A stretch of 64,000 nucleotides of DNA, taken from Felis catus (taxonomy: Eukaryota). The position numbers and the translations under genes were made by a program. Below, in pieces: positions 1 through 12,964 of this stretch; within the stretch, counting starts at the first letter, position 1; the number at the start of each line of letters is the position of its first letter. The notes under the pieces were generated by a model, which saw only the letters and a list, made by a program, of their open reading frames with translations, was not told the origin of the DNA and ran no database searches. Location: the NCBI RefSeq assembly GCF_018350175.1, contig NC_058368.1, forward strand, positions 868,001 to 932,000, given 5' to 3'.

Positions 1-3000
1 AACACAGTATTTTTAGTACTACCCTATTAAAGCTCACATAATACTGGTAATTGGTTTGCAACTCTTCACTCATAACCTCCTAACCAGTACATTTCCTTAT
101 CAAAGTCAAAACAACTAACGTGACTGGCCAGACCAAGGTATGAAAGATGAAACAAAAGAACAAATATAAACTGTACAAGAAGCAATTCCAAACTGGTCCC
201 ATCAACAGAAAAAAGCAGTGAAAGGTGCAAACAAAGCACAAGTGTTCCAATGTATAAAGAATTAAGTATATATTTAATGGGGAATCTTTGTGTGATGCTA
301 GGTATTAAACAAATTATCTTAGTAGTTAGTACACCATAAGCTATGAAATTTTAACAAATTACATAGTTTTCTTAAGTAGACAACTCAAAACAACAGGTTC
401 AATTATAGTAATTTTAAAAATATTTAAGTGGTAACTAAATAAAATTCGGGTATTTAAAACACAAATTTATAAGAAAAACTACTATTATAAGCATATCAAT
501 TGTTTAAAAGAAAATTTAGGAAAACCAGTAACAGGACAAATGAAGAAGTTACCTTCTGAGAAACATGGTAAATTTACAACCAGAAAACAGGTTTAGAAAC
601 GTGGTATACAATATAGTGCAGGATATCATAAGGCAAAGTACAGGCAAACTTACCCATATACTTTTCAATTACTTGATATTTTAAACAGAAATAAATGCAT
701 TTCATCAGCAGAGAATGCTCACAAACCCAAGTTTCCTGCCACTAACAGTTAGATAATAACTATCCATAGACATTCACATTTATTTAGTCTAAATTGTTAT
801 AAAACTCTGATATTTCAGGTGACACGACAGAACTTCATGTCCTCAATATAAAGTAAAGAAGATACTAGATTGAGACTACCTAAAAAAAAAAAAAACTTTT
901 TTTAATCACCTTGTAGAACTTAAAGGGGAGTTTCTAAGTATTCCATTAAGAAGTCACAAAGCAGAAATAACAAGCTAAATTTTTATGTCTTCATAGAATC
1001 TTTTTAATTCAAATTATTTAATATGTAAAAATTCTTACTAGTTTTATTATACATATTTGACATCTCAAAAGTGTTTACTTTAGTTAAACACCTCTATTTA
1101 CCAATCTTGACTTTCCTCTTCTCCAACCCCTCAAAAAAAGGTAAACATTAAGCTAAAAGTCTTACCATTCTGAACCAAGTACGATTCAAAGAACTTACCA
1201 TTTCAAAGGAAAAGACATGAGGTATACCTACAACACAGTGGAATAATAAACCAATCATATCAGTTTAAAAGAAAAAAAAAAAACACTCAGGGGCGCCTAG
1301 GTGGCTCAGTTGGTTGAGCATCTGACTTTGGCTCAGGTCATGATCTCACAATTCGTGGGTTCAAGCACTCCATCGAACACGCTGCTATCAATGCAGAGCC
1401 CACTTTGGAACCTCTGTCCCCATCCCCCACGCTGCCCTTTCCCTGCTCCTGCTCACTCTCTCAATAATAAATTTTAAAAAAACATTAAAAAAAATACACC
1501 CAAATAAGTTCCACAACAGTGCTGAGGCTACTCAATGCACTCGACACTCCCTTTGCAATCTCTTTCTATACTCTCAAAACTTATTTTTAAAGTTTATTTA
1601 AGAGAGAGCACACACACGTACACACAGGGGAGGGGCAGAGAGAGGAGAGAGGAAGAGAATCCAAAGCAGACTCCATGATGTCAGTATGGAGCCAGACGCG
1701 GGGCTTGAATCCATGAACCATGAGCTCATAACCTGAACCAAAATCAAGAGTTAAGACACTTAACCGTCTGAGCCACCCAGGTGCCCCTAGACTCTCAAAA
1801 CTTTTTAGCTTTATCTCTGTACACTCTATGCAGATACTCTGCATCTACAATACTCTAATCAAAGAGATGGGGCGCCTGGGTGGCTCAGTCAGTTGACCAA
1901 CTTCGGCTCAGATCATGATCTCACAGTTCTTGAGTTCAAGCCCCGCACAGGGCTCTGTGCTGACAGCTCAGAGTCTGGAGCCTGTTTCAGATTGTGTGTC
2001 TCCCTCTCTGTCTCCATCCCCTCCCCCGCTCATGCTCGCTCGCTCTCTCTCTCTCAAAAATAAATAAAACATTAAATTTTTTTAACAAAATAAATAAGAT
2101 ACTCAAAGACCTAATCCTCAACTTGATTCACTTCTGTATCCTCTATGGTACTCAGCGCTTTGAACACAGTAAAAACAGTGACCAAATTTTCTTACTAAAT
2201 GGAAACCTCTAAAATCCTCTGTAAGTCTAACACTCTGATGGGATATCCAAGTGAGATCAATGAATAGTTAGGTGTACTGAAAACCAAACATCAAAAATTG
2301 TTATTTGACTGTTTTTGAAAAACTTACTCTTCATTATGGGATTCCAATATGAAGTCTACAAAAATACATCAATAGTCTTAACACCAATCGTTCCAAAACT
2401 ACAGATGTTTAACATGAGACATTAGTATTCAATAAATACCAAAGTATAGTGGCCCATAAACAACACTGAAAACCATGTGACCAAGCTGCATTGGTATCTG
2501 AAAAATAAGACACCAAACTATTTAATTCTCTGTTTACATCTAAGTAACCACAAAATGACAAATGCAACACTCTCAAACTCAAAAAACTCAATGAAAGATC
2601 CATTAGTGGACAACAAAGTCAGAAAATAATTAGAATGCAATGTGGTAAGTACTAAAAAAGAATCATTATTAAAAATGATACAGCTGAGGTGAGTAGTAAC
2701 AGAAGGTTATGCATGCACTGAGTGTATGTAGACATTCTCCAAGAGAAGAAAAGAGATAAAGAAATTTTTCTGGATTATAAGCCTCTCTGAAACTCTAATG
2801 GAAGGTTAAGACAAAAAAAAGACACTAGTCATCTAATATGACATAAAAATAATTAAGTACAATAAAGTATCCTCTGGTAAAGTTGGTATAGAGTTTAAGA
2901 GAGGCTCAGTATGCATTTCCCTTTGGAGTCATTTGGAAGACTTTTAAATATGAATGATAAAACAGAAGAAGAAAAAACCATTAATTGTAATCATAATGTA

Positions 3001-3507
3001 TGATTAAGATAACCATACATCCTGGTTTGCAAGAGACTGCCCATTTTATGCCTGCTGTAAAAAAAAGTAACTTTAAATAGTACCTATATTCAGTTGTCCT
3101 AGTTTGGTTGAAAATTCTTGAGGATTTCCCCTACAAATGATTAGATAATACTAAAACTATTAAAAAGTCCTTTTGAGAAGTGATCAAAGATTTCAACACC
3201 TGGTTAAAAGTGATACATTTCTTCAACCCAAATACCCCCAATCGTCAAAATTCTAACGATCACTTCTAAAGTACATATGAACATAACAAACATAAACATA
3301 TATTAATTTTTGTATTCACTGGACTACAAAAGTATAAGTCTAGTTCCAATTATGCTCCATCCCAAATATTCAGAAAAGTTCTTGTCTCACTGTAAGAAAC
3401 ACATTAAATTATTTTAGTAAATAAATGAAAACATTAACAATAAAAAAACTGGTCACAACTAGAACATTATATGGGAGATCACTGCAATGTAAATGCTATA
3501 ATTTTGA

Positions 3508-3529
3508 TCATCATCATCATCATCATCAT
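3508..3529 (+). repeat. (ATC)7 microsatellite
   Basis: Read directly. Confidence 0.9.
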
Positions 3530-4441
3530 GCCCAAACCACTGTAACTGAGCTGCTATTATAACAGCAATAGGTACTAACCTGCCCCCCCAGGTCACACCT
3601 AAATCTGACACCAAGCTCTACAGCAAATAATTCTTCCGTTATTTCCACAGAATAATGAAGATGCTATAAAAATCCCTTGTAAAATATGTCCTTTTTCTGA
3701 ATGCTTCAGGTATTTAGACTTCTAAAAAATAATCTTCTTCTGCAATAAAATCATTTATTAGAGCTAAATAATTTATAGGAAGAAAAGTAATAGCCACGTG
3801 GAAACCACAAAATGGCAACTTCTCTCAAAAATTCACAGATCATTTCAGAAAATGTTATTTGTACCTACTTATTAGTAATTAACGATTATCATCAGTTCTC
3901 TGTGCCAACATCTATTAATGAAATTTTATTACTAGCTAGAGTTTCTGTTTTGAGTTTTGTACATGACACATCAGAGAAAGCTGGGTTGTAAGTAAATCAG
4001 TTAAGAGAAACAATGCCCACTCAAGAAGGAGGAAAAAAGACTAACATAAAGAAGTGGCTGATTAAATAGGTCAAATTTGGCAATGCTGATCAAGAGAAGG
4101 TAACATCTGAAAGAACAATGCTTTATGTCTCTACTAAGAAAACATTTGAAAACTCTAAGATATCAGCTGTGGGGCAATGATGCCTTATCAAACAGTTCCT
4201 CTAATAACTTTTGCTCTGATTTATAACCATAACTACCAATAAACCTTCAGGTCACTAATTTGGACTCTTCAGGGACTTTGATTCTAGGATAAGAGGTGCT
4301 CTGTTCAATGAGACTTCCAAAAACACTGGAAAAAAACATATTAATTAATAAATTTACTTTTAATTCACAAACTCTTTGAGTTTGGTTAACATGAGTCACT
4401 TTTTACAGATTCCTCCCAACTCCCAACAATCTGGACCTAGA

Positions 4442-4635
4442 CCAGGGGTCGGCAAACTTTTGGTAAAGGGCCAGAATAATATATATTTCAGGCTTTGCAG
4501 GCCAGAGAGGCTTGATATAGTCTCATACGGTTGGGCAAAGCAGCTATCTTTGGGCAAAGCAGCTATAAGCAAAACATAAACACAACAGGCAGTGTTCAGA
4601 TTTGACCAGGCTTACCCTAGTCTGTCAACCCCCAG
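4442..4635. mobile_element. MER58-like hAT MITE (similar copies at about 7443-7640 and 10567-10755)
   Basis: Termini CAGGGGTCGGCAAAC ... GTCTGTCAACCCC, flanked by CTAGA. Confidence 0.7.
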
Positions 4636-6419
4636 TCTAGATGAAATACTTAAAAAACAAAAAGTTTAAAAAGTTAATGTATGATTTGAGACAATACCTG
4701 TAGGTATTGTCCACATATAGGCTGAAAGCTCAACTTTCACACCGAAGTTGTCACACCAAAATCCCACAGAACACTATTCACATAGAATGTTGTGCTGCTT
4801 ACATTGTTAAGTGTATGAATCCTATTCCCCAAGTTGATTGACTCTGAGCCCTCCCTTCAACTCCCCAGGTCCCATAAAAAATTGAACTACTACTATTCTT
4901 ATTTCAATATTTCGACTATGTCTCATTTCAACATATAGCTAATAGTCTATTTCTGCTAATGAAAATAAGCAAGCTGAAGAGCTTCTTAAGATGCAGATCC
5001 CATGGCTCCAACCCAGACCCACTGTATCAAAAATATGTAGTGGATTGGAAAGCAGGCATTTTTCTTTAAGTTCCATAGATGTGCTGCAAAGGTTGAAAAC
5101 TAGTGAATTTAGCCAAAACTGTGATCAACGGAGAATGCATTAGATTCTACTAGAAAAACAAAATGATTCAATTTGTAGGTTGAAGACCTAAGACAAAAAC
5201 CTACATTTTTAAAAAAGATCCCTGAGTGTTTATTATGCACTATTTGAGAAACACTACCATGGAAGAGTCATTATACCCTTAGCCTCTGGCTACATCTCTT
5301 TAATGCTTTTGGCCTACTAACATACTAGGTAGCTACAATGGAACAATTCTGACAAAAGACACGTAACTGGATCAAATTACTGCCTTAGCATGTAATGTAC
5401 ATTTATTTTCAGGTTTATTATGTACATATGTTTAAATATCCAAGGCTATTCCCACCTACTCAAACCAAAATAAAAATTCTTCAAAATTCTTCAATATTCT
5501 TCATGTATGTATTTCAAAAATCTGAAGGGCTATTCTTTTATTCACTAAAAAACAAATATTAATATTTACCACACCAAAAAGAAACTTCTAATAAAAAAAA
5601 ATACTTCTAAAGTCTTAAAACACTGCCCCAATTTACCTAAACAAGATAGTTTATAACTACTTGATACAACTACATACAACTACAGTAGCATGTACATGTT
5701 TTTATAATATCATTTTCTCAAGAAAGCCAAGTTTACTCTAAGAAACTTCATTAAAAAATATTCTAATTAAAACCTCCACTTTACTCCAAGGCAAACTGAA
5801 TCCACAGAAAAAGACTGGTACACTGTAGTATTTAAATGTTTAAACTCCTAAGTCTAGGGGCACCTGGGTGGCTCAGAAGTTAAGCATCTGACTTAAGCTC
5901 AGGCCATGATCTCAAGGTTCTTGAGTTCCAGCCCCACAGGAGGCTCTCCACTGTCAGCAAAGAGCCTACTTTGGATCCTCTGTCTCCCTCTCTCTCTGCC
6001 TCGCCCCCCACTCACATTTTCTCTCTCTCTCTCAAAAATAAACATTTTAAAATAAAAAATAAAAATAAATAAAAAATAAACTACTTAATCTATAGTAAGT
6101 GGAGTAACCTCAAAAGCTATTCAATTGTGTAAGTAGAAAATCTCAACCTAGTAAGTACTATCTAGAAAATGGTTCAAATACACTCAACTATAATAAAGAT
6201 AAGCCTAAGTGTACTTAGGTCACAGCACAAAAATATATACATTGTTATGGTAGCCAAAAATATATTATGCTATAGAAATGAAAAGTAACATGTTTATGAT
6301 TACCAGAGCTATTATCAAAGAGCTTGACTTCTAAGAAATAAGGTATGAAATTAAAATGGCAACCACTAGTTGACGAAGTTCTGACATATCTCTGAAACCC
6401 TTAAAAATATGTTCGTATG

Positions 6420-6653
6420 GGGGCGCCTGGGTGGCGCAGTCGGTTAAGTGTCCGACTTCAGCCAGGTCATGATCTCGCGGTCCGTGAGTTCGAGCCCCGC
6501 GTCAGGCTCTGGGCTGATGGCTCAGAGCCTGGAGCCTGTTTCCGATTCTGTGTCTCCCTCTCTCTCTGGCCCTCCCCCGTTCATGCTCTCTCTCTGTCCC
6601 AAAAATAAATAAACGTTGAAAAAAAAAATTTTTTTTTAAATAAAATAAAAAAA
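6420..6653 (+). mobile_element. Young felid SINEC (SINEC_Fc type)
   Basis: tRNA-derived head with intact CpGs, CT linker, AATAAA tail. Perfect TSD AAAAATATGTTCGTATG (6403-6419, 6654-6670). Confidence 0.95.
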
Positions 6654-8408
6654 AAAAATATGTTCGTATGTCATAAAATTATGATAAAGTTGAGGCTAAC
6701 AAAGAAAAACATGACCAGACATGACTGTGTGTTTTCCCTGTTTTATTACTTAAAAAAAAATTATTATTCAAGCAACAAAATATGAATATCAGCTTTTATT
6801 TCATACTTTAAAACCATACTATTGTGTTGGAATATATCTAATAGGAATATTAGAAAGAAATGAGTGGTGGCATCTTAAACCAAGTAAATCTACTTTATAC
6901 TTCACTCTTACTACTTGGGCAAGCTGAACACTTACCATTTGATTCCTCCCTTTAAACTGAACAGTGAAAAAAGAGAAAGCACATAAGAGGGCCTAATTTC
7001 AAAGCTTTTAAAAACAAAAACAAACATTAATTTAAAAATTTTTCCCAAAGACAGTTTTCAAAGTAAATGAAGAATAACTGATACAATTCAATGTTTTCTC
7101 TATTAACAAAGAATAGTCAAGACCAATAAAGAGCTTTTGTTAACATTTCTTTAGTGTTTCATTAGCTTATATTAACAAGCATTATGAAGCTAGGAACCAA
7201 ATAAAACTGATAACCAAAATGATGAAAAACTTGTCTATCTATAATTTCTAGTCTCAAAAAAAATCTAAAAATCCGACAGAGACTATATTTTCCCCTAAAT
7301 ATTTAATTCCATTGTTACATACTATTTTAAATACAGTTTGTCTTCAGAAAATTAAGAATCTAGTAATGCTGTGCTCTAACAAGAATATTAATTAAAAACA
7401 GAAACAAAAAACAAACAAAAACACCCAACACCAACTCTCCAGCCCAGGGTTTAGCAAACATTTTCTGTACAGGGTGAAAGAGTAAATATCTTAGGTTTTG
7501 TGAGTCACAAATACTTTCTAACATTCTTTTATTTTTCTTATCCACCAACTCTTTAAAATGTAAACACCATTCTTAGCTCGGTGACAGAGTGGTATGAAAC
7601 TAGGCAGTGTTCCCAGGCTATAGTTTGCTGACTTCTACTCTAGCCAAATTAATCTCATGATGCTTCAAATATGCAATATATACTTTAAGTAACTACTTGA
7701 AAACAAAGATATCTTAATGTTAAAATAGATCATCATCTACATTTTCTAACAGCATAATCTTGTGAAACAATAATATATTTTTGAAATGCCAAAAAATCCA
7801 TCATGAGTATTTTAAATACGTTTCTTCTCAAAGTTCACTGGATATTTGTAAAATTTTACCATTAAAATGAATTTTAAACATAACAAATGTTTTCAAATTA
7901 AAGAATCTACATATTCCAATTTTAAATTGTAGCAACATTTCCAAATAATTTTTTAATAGAGAAAATTAAAATCTGCCCTTCATTAATTATACCTATATTA
8001 AATGCCACTGAACATATATTAAAAAGTGGTATGTATTTTAAAAATTGTGAAATAATTTCAAAGAAGAGTCTGCAATCAAGTTTATGATATAGCCAACTTA
8101 AACAGCAGAATGCATTTTACTTTTTTCCTAACGTATATGACGTTATTACAAATAGCTACAAGTGTGTTCCAAGAATTTAAAGTTTATGCCAGAAGAATAG
8201 TAAGAAAGATAATTCCGCCATCTTTAACCATAAGCAAGCACTTTAGGAAAAGAAATGTTCAGGTACATAAAGGGACAAGGAACAATTTCCTAATCCTAAA
8301 TGTTACGAAATAGTTTCCCTAAGAAATGTTATCATAGGTGGTTTACATCTTGATAATATTTGAAGATAAAAACATGTAATCACTAGTTTCCAAAACATGG
8401 ACCTGCAA

Positions 8409-8440
8409 AATTTTAGTGTATGTGCTGCCAAAGCGAGCAC
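8409..8440 (-). pseudogene. 3'-truncated (tailless) U6 snRNA retrocopy, nt 1-32
   Basis: Reverse complement GTGCTCGCTTTGGCAGCACATACACTAAAATT is the U6 5' end with 2 mismatches. Flanked by GG(A/G)CCTGCAAAATTTTA direct repeats at 8399-8415 and 8441-8457. Confidence 0.92.
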
Positions 8441-9991
8441 GGGCCTGCAAAATTTTAATTCCACATACTCTCATGACATCATAAAATATCCTCGCATTGA
8501 TAAATCCAACAGATTTATATTCACATGTAACAACCAAAAGACCAAATACCACAGGTTTAAATATATCATAAGCAAATACTATGTATCCAAGGAGGAAAAA
8601 GAGAATTGCAAAATAATGCTAGAAATTACTCAAAAGAAAATTTATAATGCTTAAAACGCTCAACTAATTTGGTAATGGAATTTAGGTATCAATTAAACCT
8701 TTAGTATGATTTATAAATAAGAAGAAACTTTTCTAACTGAATTTAAATGCCACATAATTTTTAGTCAAAGGATACTGACTTGATGCAAGCTAAGATAAAA
8801 ATTTCTTGTTGTTACACAAGTTAGGATGTATTTTTTTTCTGTGTGTATCCTTCTTAATGAAAAAAGTTTAAAATTTTTCTAGGGACAGAAGAACAGGGAC
8901 AGAGAAGGCCAGCAAAAAGAGTCATGACTTAATAATATTAAGGAATCATGGCTTTTGAACAGCTAGAGAAAAAAACACTAGTAAATATTTTTCAGAATGA
9001 CTGTTAAAATGGCATTCATCTAAAGGTGAAGAATAAGACTGTTAGTTAACAATAAGAACACGTGCATTATAACATATTGCAAGTATTCGTGTTTGCCCTA
9101 CCATTTTGCCTACCCAAAACAAAAACCTGAATTAGACCAAATCGTTGGAACTCCTGTTTATGAGAAACTCAGGGATAAAGAAACTTGTTAAACATCACTG
9201 CAAGGATAAATTCAACAAAATATAGGATGTGCAATACTCTTAACAACAAGGATCTGTTTCTTAAAAAGATAAAAAAAAAACTTAAAGGGGGAAGAGAAAA
9301 CCTACAGACTAAAAACACTAGATTTATCAACCAATTTGAAGAAACCAATTGTAAACAAACAAAATGAATAAAATATATAAATTTTATTTATATTTTATAA
9401 AATATATCTCCATGCTGGTAGAGCAGAGCGTGCTTGGGATCTTTCCTCTCTACCCCTCTCTCTCCCTGTTCCTCCCCCACTCTCACACATGTGCTCTCCC
9501 TTTCTCAAAATAAATAAACATTTAAAAAATAATGATAATTCAGGAAAGTGGGTATACTTAAAGATGAAAAGACCAGCTATGTGTTGATAACTGTCATCGT
9601 TGGGTAATAAGCACATACTAGTGTACCTTTGTATATACCATTCTACATTTGTAAATATCTAAAAATCATCTAATACAAAGAATTTTTAATATCAGTAAAT
9701 GATGAAATCAAGTAGAGAATATAGATTTATCAAGAGTTCTAATTTAGTACCATATATTAAAAAAAGATAAAGTAGAAAATTTTTAACATCTTTTTCATAA
9801 AACATTAATAGTATGTTCAGAAACTACTTTTAAGTTATTACCTGTAAGAAGTTAAGAAAATCATTAGTTTAACATAAACACGAGAAATTCAGGAAGACTA
9901 AAAAATATATAAACCAATATCCAAAGAAATTAAATATACACTGTGCACCTAACAATATAAAATAATTTTAGTTAACTAGTACTTTACTTAC

Positions 9992-10097
9992 ATTCTCCAT
10001 ATAGTTTGGCTTAAAGCCCTCTTGCTGTCGCCTGAGTTCCTCCTGTTCCCTGTGTCGGATCATTTCTTCCTCACGGCGACGGTGCTCTTCCTCATGT
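9992..10097 (-). CDS. PSPC1: PSPC1 coding exon 6 (charged helix); later exons not found in the window
   Basis: [35 protein letters not shown]. Acceptor TTTCAG|AC, donor AAT|GTAAGT, 106 nt. Cumulative CDS 1152 nt, phase 0. Confidence 0.97.
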
Positions 10098-12929
10098 CTG
10101 AAAGATTTTTAAATAAAAATTGCAACATGTAAGCCATTACCAGGAATTGTATTCCATGTAAAACAAAACCATTTATAAGTAACTTTATGCAAAATCTGTG
10201 AATAATGATTGACTTACTAGATTTACCTTCCTTCTTCTAGTTTGCTCTAAGCCTTAATTAATCAAGTAACCCAAAGAAATAAAAGTACCTAGGGTAAATC
10301 AAAAAACAGAGTAACAACATGTAACTGAGTTAGTTATGTGCTTATGGTCAAGAAATCAGGAGTCCAAAAGCTCAAACATGTACTCTCTTACTGTATATAA
10401 AGAGAAAGGGGTGGGATCTATCACTGGCATAAAGGCACTCAGAACCAATCCCAATCTAAGCCACTGCAAAGAACAAAACTGCCTAGTCAAAAAATCTATC
10501 GTGTCTAAGGAATCCTTAACAAACTCTCTCTCCATTTTATCAACTCCCTGAAGAAAACCTCTAGAACAGGTGTCAGGTTACCATCTGTTTTTGTACATCA
10601 AGTTGTAAAAGACAATCATGTACTTAATGTCTATAGCTACCACTGGGTCAGAGCAGTGCTGAGTAGTTGAGACAGAAACCATATGACCTGCAAAGCCTAA
10701 AATATTTACCATCTAGTCCTTAGCCGTTTTCCAAGAAAAAGTTTGCCAACCTCAGTCCTAGAGGTATATTTCAGCATGTGAGAGAAAAAAATATTGAACT
10801 ATAATATGTGTGCACAATTACTAGTAAATCAGCAATTACTTATGATTACAAGAAAAAAACCTACAAAATAACACTGAAGTTAACAGGCTCACATTATATT
10901 GGCTTTTATGTCAATGCAAATTCAAGTGTATATGCCTCCACCCAAAAAATAAAAAATAATTTAAATAGTGAAGACTATAGAATACTGATGTCCTCTCATT
11001 AAGTCACATTTTCTAAACTGCTCATTTAAGTACCTTATTACACTAAGTGTAACAATCAAATTTCAAGATACTCTGTTGTTTGTTGTATAATGCTTCCTCC
11101 CCTAAATACAAGTCCATGAACTTAAAAGAAATGATATATCCCACAGACAGCACAAAAACCACTGGTTGAAGAATTTGTGTCAGACCACAGGTTAGTAACA
11201 AGACAATGTTTCTAAGAAATTTTAAGCAAAATATAGACTATTTTGAGATTTTTGTCTAAGTCTCCAATACACATTTCCATTGTAAATTGAGCATTCAAGT
11301 AAAATGGTTAATCCACTTCTTGGACGTTAACACACTCATAAATTTTACTATAAAGAAAACACTTTCATATTCACATAGCTGAAAATATATGCAGGTACAG
11401 GTAAAAATTTCCTATTCAATAGGGCGCTTGGGTGGCTCAGTCAGTTAAGTGTCTGACTTCAGCTCAGGTCGTGATTTCATACTTTGTAAGCCTTGTGTTG
11501 GGCTCTGTGCTGACAGCTCGGAGCCTGGAGCCTGCTTTGGAGGAGAGTCTTCCTCTCTCTCCGCCTCAGCCCTGCTTGCTCTCTGTCTCCCAAAAATAAG
11601 TAAACATTAAAAAAAAATTTTTTTTTAATTTCCTATTCAAAAACTCTAATTCTACATATGTTTTGAAATTCAGTTTTCCTGATTTCGAAAAGGGTTCATG
11701 CACAGTTATTATATAACTAGTAAGATCTGGGACAGAACCCAATAATCAACCACACTGGCATTTCCCCAGTAAGATGAACACTCATTTTGGTGAAAATAGT
11801 AAAGGCCTGATACGACCACAGACCTAAATACATGTCAGGTTTTGTCATCAAATAGGCTCTTATCAGATCCTGCCACAAAATGATACATTTTGGTTTTCAA
11901 AGTTCTTTGGTCTTCAGAATTGCAACAAAGACCTTGTTCAGGGATAATTTGTAAGATGTAATAGAATTTTAAATGTGCAAGTCCATTTCCAGTAAACTAA
12001 AAAGAAATATCTGCACAAATGTGCAAGGATGTATGTACAGATACACACTGTACAGATACACACTGTGGCATTAATTAAAAGGAAAAGGTTGAAGACACAA
12101 TCAACTATAAATGGGAAACAAGGATGGCCCATTGATGCCAAGGAACACACAACAACTGTTACAAAGGCAGATTTGCATTTACTGACACAAAACAAAGTCT
12201 AAGGTAAAGCTGCCAGAAAAAAAAGCAAGTAAAAAAAGAGCATTCCTATTACTGCTTCTAAAAATTATTTGTGTGAGAACAGAAGAAGGTAGAAAAAGTT
12301 TGTCACAGTGGGAATATTCTAGAGAACAGGACCATTAACTCTTTTATTTCATACATGTAATGTATCATTGAGTTTTGTTTTTTTTTAATTTTTTTTAACA
12401 TTTTTTTTTCTGAGAGACAGAGAGAGACGGAGTGCAAGCAGGGGAGGGGCAGAGAAAGAGAGGGAGAATCCGAAGCAGGCTCCAGGCTCCGAGCTGTCAG
12501 CGGGGCTCAAATCCACGAACCGCGAGATCATGACCTGAGCTGAAGTCAGATGCTCGACCAACTGAGCCACCCAGGCGCCCCTGCCATAACATTTTAAAAT
12601 TAAAAGAAAGTATTTTAAACAAAATCTGTAATGTACTTCTGTCATTATTAAAGCAGGGGTTTTTTTTCCTGATGTAATGTAAGAATACATTTATAAACCA
12701 GGAGGAAAAATAAGGTAAAAAGGTATAATCACTTTAAACAGCTATTTTTCCCTTCTTTTCCTTTGTCTATAAATTCGAGAAGTTCTACTTAATTTTGAAA
12801 TAAGTTCTGATACCACACCGGTAATTCCAAAATCTGAACATACAGACAATATTCAGAAATATTCCCTATTGTACATACGTTTGCTTTTAATTTTTTCTAT
12901 TCCACAAGATGCTTTAATGAGTATCTTTA

Positions 12930-12964
12930 ATCGCTTCTCGGCCTTTTGGCTAAGATCAAGTGTA
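12930..12964 (+). pseudogene. 3'-truncated (tailless) U2 snRNA retrocopy, nt 1-35
   Basis: ATCGCTTCTCGGCCTTTTGGCTAAGATCAAGTGTA is identical to the U2 5' end. Perfect 15-bp TSD TAATGAGTATCTTTA at 12915-12929 and 12963-12977. Confidence 0.95.

Noticed and set aside
3573..3592. Plus-strand TACTAAC followed by CCCCCCCAG|G (antisense acceptor)
   Set aside because: Branch-to-AG distance is only about 13 nt and no supporting antisense exon structure was seen.
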